Assembly: GCA_013265495.1 (NCBI GenBank)
Contig: MU061538.1
Coordinates: forward strand, 2,191,339-2,255,338
From: Vicugna vicugna
Lineage: Eukaryota
Direction: 5' to 3'
DNA: 64,000 nt
Part shown: positions 57,503 to 64,000 of the stretch, piece after piece
Layout of the letters: each line of letters begins with the position of its first letter
How positions within the stretch are numbered: the first letter of the stretch is position 1
The notes under the pieces: generated by a model
Seen by the model: the letters and a program-made list of their open reading frames with translations, nothing else
Told to the model about the DNA's origin: nothing
Database searches by the model: none
Position numbers and translations under genes: made by a program

Positions 57503-59701
57503 TGGTATTCTTTTTGGTTTTTTAAATTTTGTATTGAAGTGTAGTTGATTTACAATGTTAATTTCAGGTGTACAGCAAAAATGATTCAGTTATACGTATA
57601 CATACATACATATTTTTTTCTTTTCAGATTCTTTTCTGTTATATGTTATTACAAGGAACTGAATATAGTTCCCTGTGCTATACAGTAGGTCTTTGTTGTT
57701 TATCTATTTTATATATAGTAATGTGTGTCTGTTAATCCCTAACCTTTAATTTATCCCTCGCTGCCCTTTCCCCATTGGTAACCATAGCTTGTTTTCTATG
57801 TCCATGAATCTGTTTTTGGTTTGTAAATAAAATTTGTAGCATTTTTTAAGATTCCACATGTAAGTGATATCATATGTTATTTGTCTTTCTCTGTCTGACT
57901 TACTTGATTCAATACAATAATCTTGGTCCACCCATGTTGCTGCAAATGGCATTATTTCATTCTTTTTAATGGCTGAGTAATATTCCGTTGTGAATATATA
58001 CCACATCTTCTTTATCCAGTCATCTGTTGATGGACATTTACGCTGTTTTCATGTCTTCGCTGTTGTAAATAGTGCTGCTGTGAACATTAGGGTGCGTGTG
58101 TCTTTTTGAATTATACTTTTCTCTGGATGTATGCCCAGGAATGGGATTGCAGGATCATAGGATAAGTCTATTTTTAGTTTTTTAAAGGAACCCCCATACT
58201 GTCTGCCACAGTGGCTGCACCAAACTACATTCCCAACAACAGTGTAGGCTCTCCCTCTTCTCCACATCCTCTCCACCATTTATCATTTGTGGACTTTTTA
58301 ATGATGGCCATTCTGACTGGTGGGAGGTGATGCCTCATTATAGTTTTGTTCATTTCTCTAATAATTAGTGATATTGAGCATCTTTTCATGTGCCTGTTGG
58401 CCATCTGGATGTCTTCTTTGGAGCAATGTCTATTTAGGTCTTCTGCCCATTTTTTGATTGGGTTCTTTGTTTGTTTGTTTTAATATTTAGATATATGAGC
58501 TGTTTGTATATTTTGGAAACTAGTCACTTGTTGATTGTGTCATTTGCAAATATTTTCTTCCATTCTGTAGGTTGTCTTTTCATGATGTTTGTGGTTTCCT
58601 TTGCTGTGAAAAAGTTTCTAAGTTTAATTAGGTCCCATTTGTTTATTTTTGCTTTTATTTCCATTACTCTAGGAGCTGGCTCGAAAAAAAACACTGCTGA
58701 AATTTATGCCAAAGAGTGTTCTGCCTGTTTTCCTCTAGGAGTTTATAGTATCCAGTCTTACATTTAGGTCTGTAGTCCACTTTGAGTTTATTTTTGTATA
58801 TGGTGTTAGAGAATGTTCTAATTTCTTTTTTTTTTCTTACATGTAGCTGTCCAGTTTTCTCAGCACCACTTATTGAAGAGACTGTCTTTTCTCCACTGTT
58901 CTTGTCCCCTTTGTCATAGATTAATTGACCATAAGTGCATGGATTTGTTTCTGGATTTTCTATCCCATCCCATTGATCTGTGTGTCTGCTTTATGTGCCA
59001 GTGCCATACGGTTTTGATTACTACAGATTTGTAGTATAGTTGGAAGTCAGTGACTGTGATTCCTCCAGCTCCGTTCTTCTTTCTCAAGATTGTTTTGGCT
59101 GCTCATGGTCTTTTGCATTTCCATACAAATTTAAGCATTTTTATTCCAGTTCTGTGAACAGTGTCATTGGTGATTTGATAGGGATTGCATTGAGTCTGTG
59201 TGTGTTACCTCGGATAGTATGGCCATTTTAAGAAAATTGAGTCTTCCAATCCAAGAACATGGTTAACCTTGCCATCTGTTTGTGTCATTTTCAATTTCTT
59301 TCATCAGTGTCTTACAGCTTTTGGAGTACAGGTCGTTTACCTCCATAAGTAAGTTTATTCCTAGGTATTTCATTCTTTTTCACGCAGTGGTAAATAGGAT
59401 TGTTTCCTTTTCCTTAATTTATTTTTTTGCTATTTTGTTGTTAATGTATAGAAATACAACCGATTGCTGTATATTAATTTTGTATCTTGCAACTTAACCC
59501 AATTCATTGACGAGCTCTAGTAGTTTTCTGGTGGCCTCTTTAGGATTTTCTGTAGTGTCATGTCATCTGCAAACAGTGAGTTTTACTACTTTTCCAATTT
59601 GGATTCTTTCTATTTTTTTCCCTTCTCTGATTGCTGTGGCTAGGACTTCCAGCACTATGCTGAATAAAAGTGATGAGAGTAGACATCCTTGTGGTATTCT
59701 T
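57503..59701 (-). mobile_element. 5'-truncated L1 inserted into an MLT1 LTR (LTR halves ~57350-57510 and ~59700-59950)
   Basis: L1 3'UTR/ORF2 (WYIFTTEYYSAIKKNEIMPFAATW); TSD TGGTATTCTT at 57503-57512 and 59692-59701; MLT1 motifs on both sides. Confidence 0.88.
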
Positions 59702-61188
59702 AACAAGAAGAGGAAATCGGACACACAAAGAGGTACCAGGGATGTTTGTGCACAGCAGAAAGACAGTGTGAGGACACAGCAGAAAGGCAGCTGTCTGTAA
59801 GTCAAGGAGAGAGGACTCAGGAGAACCAAACCTGCTGACATGTTGGTCTTGGACTTCCAGCTTCTAGAATTGTGAGACAGCAAGTTCCTGCTGCTGAAGC
59901 CACTCAGTGTGTGGTATTTGGTTATGGCATCTTTAGCAAGTGAATACACCGTCCAACAAAAGATACTTGCCAAACATACAATCAGGTAACCCAGTCAGAC
60001 GATATGCTCTGTGGGGGTTTATAGACATTAACAAGTTATGGGACATCGACTGAAACGTGGTCGAATTATCCCAGCCACCAGCACGTTCATTAGACTGAAT
60101 AATTAATTTCTCAAGTCAGAAAACTTTTTTAATTGTTATTTTCCAGTCACACTCAGCAAAGGGTCTTAAGTGTATTAGATACCACAAATATTTGCTATAA
60201 GAGTAAAATTTTAAAAAAAATTATAGGCTTGTGGTAGTTAGCCTAATTTATAAAAAGCCACAATCTCCCGCCCAGTATTAGACCTAAACCACTTCTCAGC
60301 CCAGAACCCGTTGACTGAAGGAGAGGCCAGGTGCCTGTGAGCAACAATCCTGCCACACAGTACGAGGCATGCTCACTAAAAATATCCTCAGTCCTCCCCC
60401 AGAGAACCTACAGCTAATGTCACAGTAACTGCACGGAGGAAAGCAAGCATCCAGACCCTTGGAGGTCTGCTGCACACAGAGTCTGAATTTGCACTGATAT
60501 TCTGGAATCCAGGGTACCGCTGTGGTCTCCCTGTGAGAGCCGTGGTTATTGGGGGCCAGCTTGTGGATGGATGCTGGTCAGGGGCCAGCTCGGAGTGGAT
60601 GCATTGAGTTGGTGGACCCCCCTCCCCGTAGTTATTTCTCCAGTTCCTAAGTATATAATTGCAATGCACTTAATGGTAGTTGGCAAACCCCCACATTGAA
60701 TCCTTGATCTGCAGGGTAAAAGCTATTGTAATAAGGAAGGCCAGGAGGAAGTCTCCAGAACGTCTCCCCAGCCTGGCAGCCAAGACAGCAAACCACGTGA
60801 ACACAGCTGAGGGGCAGAGGCAGAGAGAAGGCCTCCCTGTCTTACCCACACACAGGCCGCTAGCTGGTCTCCACCGCACCGGTTGGTCCTGGCGGATGAC
60901 AGTGACCCTCACAAGCTCTGTCGTGTCTCAGCAGTCGCACCGTCCGTCCGTGCGGGGCCAGGGAACTGGCGTATTTGCTAGAGCGGATTGACGCGGCCTT
61001 CAGCTCCTGGTCCGCAGCTGCTGATCTGGGTGCCGAGCTCCCTTCCGTTCCTTCAGGCGGGCGAACCGAAGCAGCCCGAGCCCGCCTGGAACAGCCAACG
61101 GCAACCATTTATGTTCTGGCTCCAGGGCTACGTGAACTTTCCCTCCCTCTGTCATGTGAGGGTCTGAAGGACCCTGGATCAGCTACGG

Positions 61189-63215
61189 CAGTGGTTTGTG
61201 AAGTGTGGTTCATAAACCCCAAGGGGACCCTGGGGCCCTTTCCATGGGGCTGCAAGGTCCGGACTGTTTTCACAGTATTAGAAAGATATCATTTGCTTTT
61301 ATTCACTGTGTTGACCTCGAGGACGTAGTCACAGCGGGGAGGAAGCCTGGGGGCCCCTGAGCACGGACCAGGGCGGTGGTGTGACATTGTGGCGGTACCG
61401 CTGGCGTTCCTCACTGCCGTGCCCTCATAGGAAGGAAGGAAGAAACTGCCTGTTTCACTTAAGGATGTCCTCAGGAAGCGGTAAAGTTATTAATTGTATT
61501 AAATCTTGATGTTTGAACAGACACCTTTTCAATATTCTGGTAACAGCTTGGAGGGTGTGCACACAGCATTTCCAGTACACCCAAAGATGGTTTTCCTGAG
61601 GAAAAGCGCCTGTGTGGTTGTCTCAGTTTGAGCTGCATTAGCAGCTATTTTTTTTTAAACGAAACACCTTTTTCACTTGAGAGAACTACCAACAGGCAAT
61701 AACTGTCATTACTCAGTCTTGGCTATTTGGGAGATACCTTCTGAAAATGAATAAAGTTAGCGTTTGCTTCAAGGAGAACAGCTGATGGTACTTATTGACT
61801 GTGCTAAAATTTGAGCTTTCAGGTGGAAATTAGAATTTTGGAAAACTCATATCCACCATGGTGAACTTGAGTGCTTCCCAGCACTTGAAGTTTCCTGATG
61901 AGATTGGTGGCGATATTAACAATTGGTTTTTTTATATCATACAACATCTGGGAGATCTGGGTAACTCAGTGAGCCAGTGTTATCCACACGACCAGTTCAT
62001 GATGCTACGGAACCACAGGAGAATAAAATACCCATTTCACAGAGCAAAACAGACCATTGGATGTTAATCTAACAGCGTACGGAAGTGCATGATACGGCTT
62101 CAGATTCCACATTGCAGTAATAATCTACCACTGGTAGAGTTCTGATATACCATCACAGAAAAATATGTGTAATTGTCTGAAAAGATTATTAATATTCTCC
62201 TCCATTTTTCAGCTGTCTGTTTCGGTGAGGCCGGATTTTTCTTTATAAACTTAAACCAAAATAACATACCACAACAGATGGAATGCAGAAACAGATACGG
62301 GATTCCAGCTGCCTTGAAGAGAGTTGCAAAAACATTAAATGATGCCACTCACAAAATTTTTTTTTTGTTTTGGAAAATATAGTTATTTTTCATGAAGACT
62401 TTTTTTTCATGGAAATAAGATTTTAGTGGATTATACATATATGATGTATCCTACATGGCAGAAGATATTTGCTTCAGAGTCTCAGGAGTCATAACAAACA
62501 CAATACAAACTTTCTATGGCTATAAAATACTCCCTGTCACTAATTAATCTTGCATCCTACATTATGGAAATTCATGACAGAAAAACATTTTTAATCATCT
62601 TTAGTCCTACCACAAAGATAAACATTGTTAGCATATACATACATATTCAAGACTTTTTCTTATTCGTGTTCATTGACTTTTTCACATACGAATACTTTTA
62701 ACTTGTGTTTCTCATTAACAGTGTACTGCTAACACCATCCAGAAAGAATGCGTATGTGCCTGTGTGTTTATTTGCAGTTACTCCATAGAATTCCATTATG
62801 TGGGTTATCATAATGAATTTACCCAAGCCCCTATCATTGAACACTGACCTCTGTCCAGTTTTTCTGCAATTTAACAATGCTATGATAAACCTCTCCATAA
62901 ATCCATATTTGATCAGTGGTCTGATTATTTCTACAGAAGAATTTTCTGAAAGTGGAATTGCTAAACCAAAAACAAAGCACAGGGGAAGGTCCATGAACTA
63001 GAGCACCAGTTTCTCGTGAAGACATTATTTATGTAAACATTGAATGGGTTTATTCTTTTATTTTTAATGAATTAATATGCTAAAATATCTCCATTTAAAT
63101 TTATATTCCAGCAAATACAAATAGCTATAACCCATGTAAACAAAAGCTCTTCGGGGGCTCTCCATGATTTTGAAGAATGTAAGGGGTTCCTGAGACCCAG
63201 CATTTGTCAGAGCCT
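61189..63215. mobile_element. Charlie1-like hAT transposon remnant interrupted by an old L1 fragment (~62450-62990)
   Basis: cagtggtttgtgaagtgtggt start, gtcttggctatttgggagatac internal motif, aacaaaagctcttcgggg...gtaaggggttcctgagacc end. Confidence 0.7.
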
Positions 63216-63569
63216 CACGTCGACCTGCTGCTTTGATGCAGAGTGTTAAAGTCCATGGTAGATATGTGTCCTGCGAAGGGTGGGAATAAGTCCTTTGAAG
63301 AGCCAGGCACCTGCTGGGGGTGAAGTAAAGACGCTGGGGTTCAGTGGTCTGGGACACTTCCAATATAAAGGAAGATTATGCACTTCTTGCCACTAAAAGG
63401 GAAACTTTTGTCAGGGCCAGGAGCAGGAAGGGGCCCCACCAGAAGTCCTGCTTGGGCCTGGAGACTCAGCGAGCCCTCTGGTACTAGATACACCTGTAAT
63501 AGGAAAGGACGCCACTCAGGTTTTGTGATGAACACTAATGGAAGTTGCAGTGGTTGGGCTGTGTTCTGC

Positions 63570-64000
63570 TTTTTTTTTTTTTTTGAAGTGGTTTTGATTT
63601 ACAAAGTTGTGTTAGTTTCTTGTATACAGCACAGTGATTCAGTTATACATATATATATATATTCTTTTTCATATTCTTTTCTACTATAGGTTATTACAAG
63701 ATATTGAATGTAGTTCCCTGTGCTGTACAGTAGGACCTTGTGGTTTATTTTATATGTAGTAGTTTGTATCTGCTAGTCCCAAACTCCTAATTTATCCCCC
63801 TCTTACCTCTTTGGTAACCATAGTTTGTGTTCCATGTCTGTGAGTCTGTTTCTGTTTTGTAACTAAGTTCATTTGTGTCATTTTATTTTTTAGATTCCAC
63901 ATGAAAGTGATACCATGTGATACTTGTCTTCCTCTGCCTGACTTACTTCAGTTAGCCGTTTGCAGCAACATGGTTGGACCTAGAGATGATCATACTAAGT
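63570..64000 (-). mobile_element. L1 3' end (runs off window)
   Basis: Poly(T) at 63570 followed by the same L1 3'UTR seen at 53500 and 57530. Confidence 0.85.

Overview
Mammalian genomic DNA, probably camelid (it carries a Vic-1-like tRNA-derived SINE). It contains the complete two-exon serotonin receptor gene HTR5A on the minus strand (exon 1 CDS 51941-51201, exon 2 from 42250), an orphan CpG island near 9.8-10.6 kb, and many L1, MIR, MaLR/ERV LTR and hAT remnants. Main discovery, from manual translation across frameshifts and stops: a cluster of decayed endogenous bornavirus-like elements in and just downstream of HTR5A. (1) Two mutually homologous ~2.4-kb nucleoprotein (N)-like elements sit head-to-head in the intron around ~46.4 kb. 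Each has a shared ~0.9-kb 5' coding region I cannot identify and a possible P-like tail. (2) A glycoprotein (G)-like element lies just past the HTR5A stop, at 41540-40560. In addition, HTR5A exon 2 has lost its ancestral stop (TGA>GGA, +62 aa) and shows a burst of AT>GC replacements consistent with GC-biased gene conversion. Viral and human reference sequences were recalled from memory and aligned by eye, so these homologies need tBLASTn/HMM confirmation. Repeat subfamily names and boundaries are approximate.
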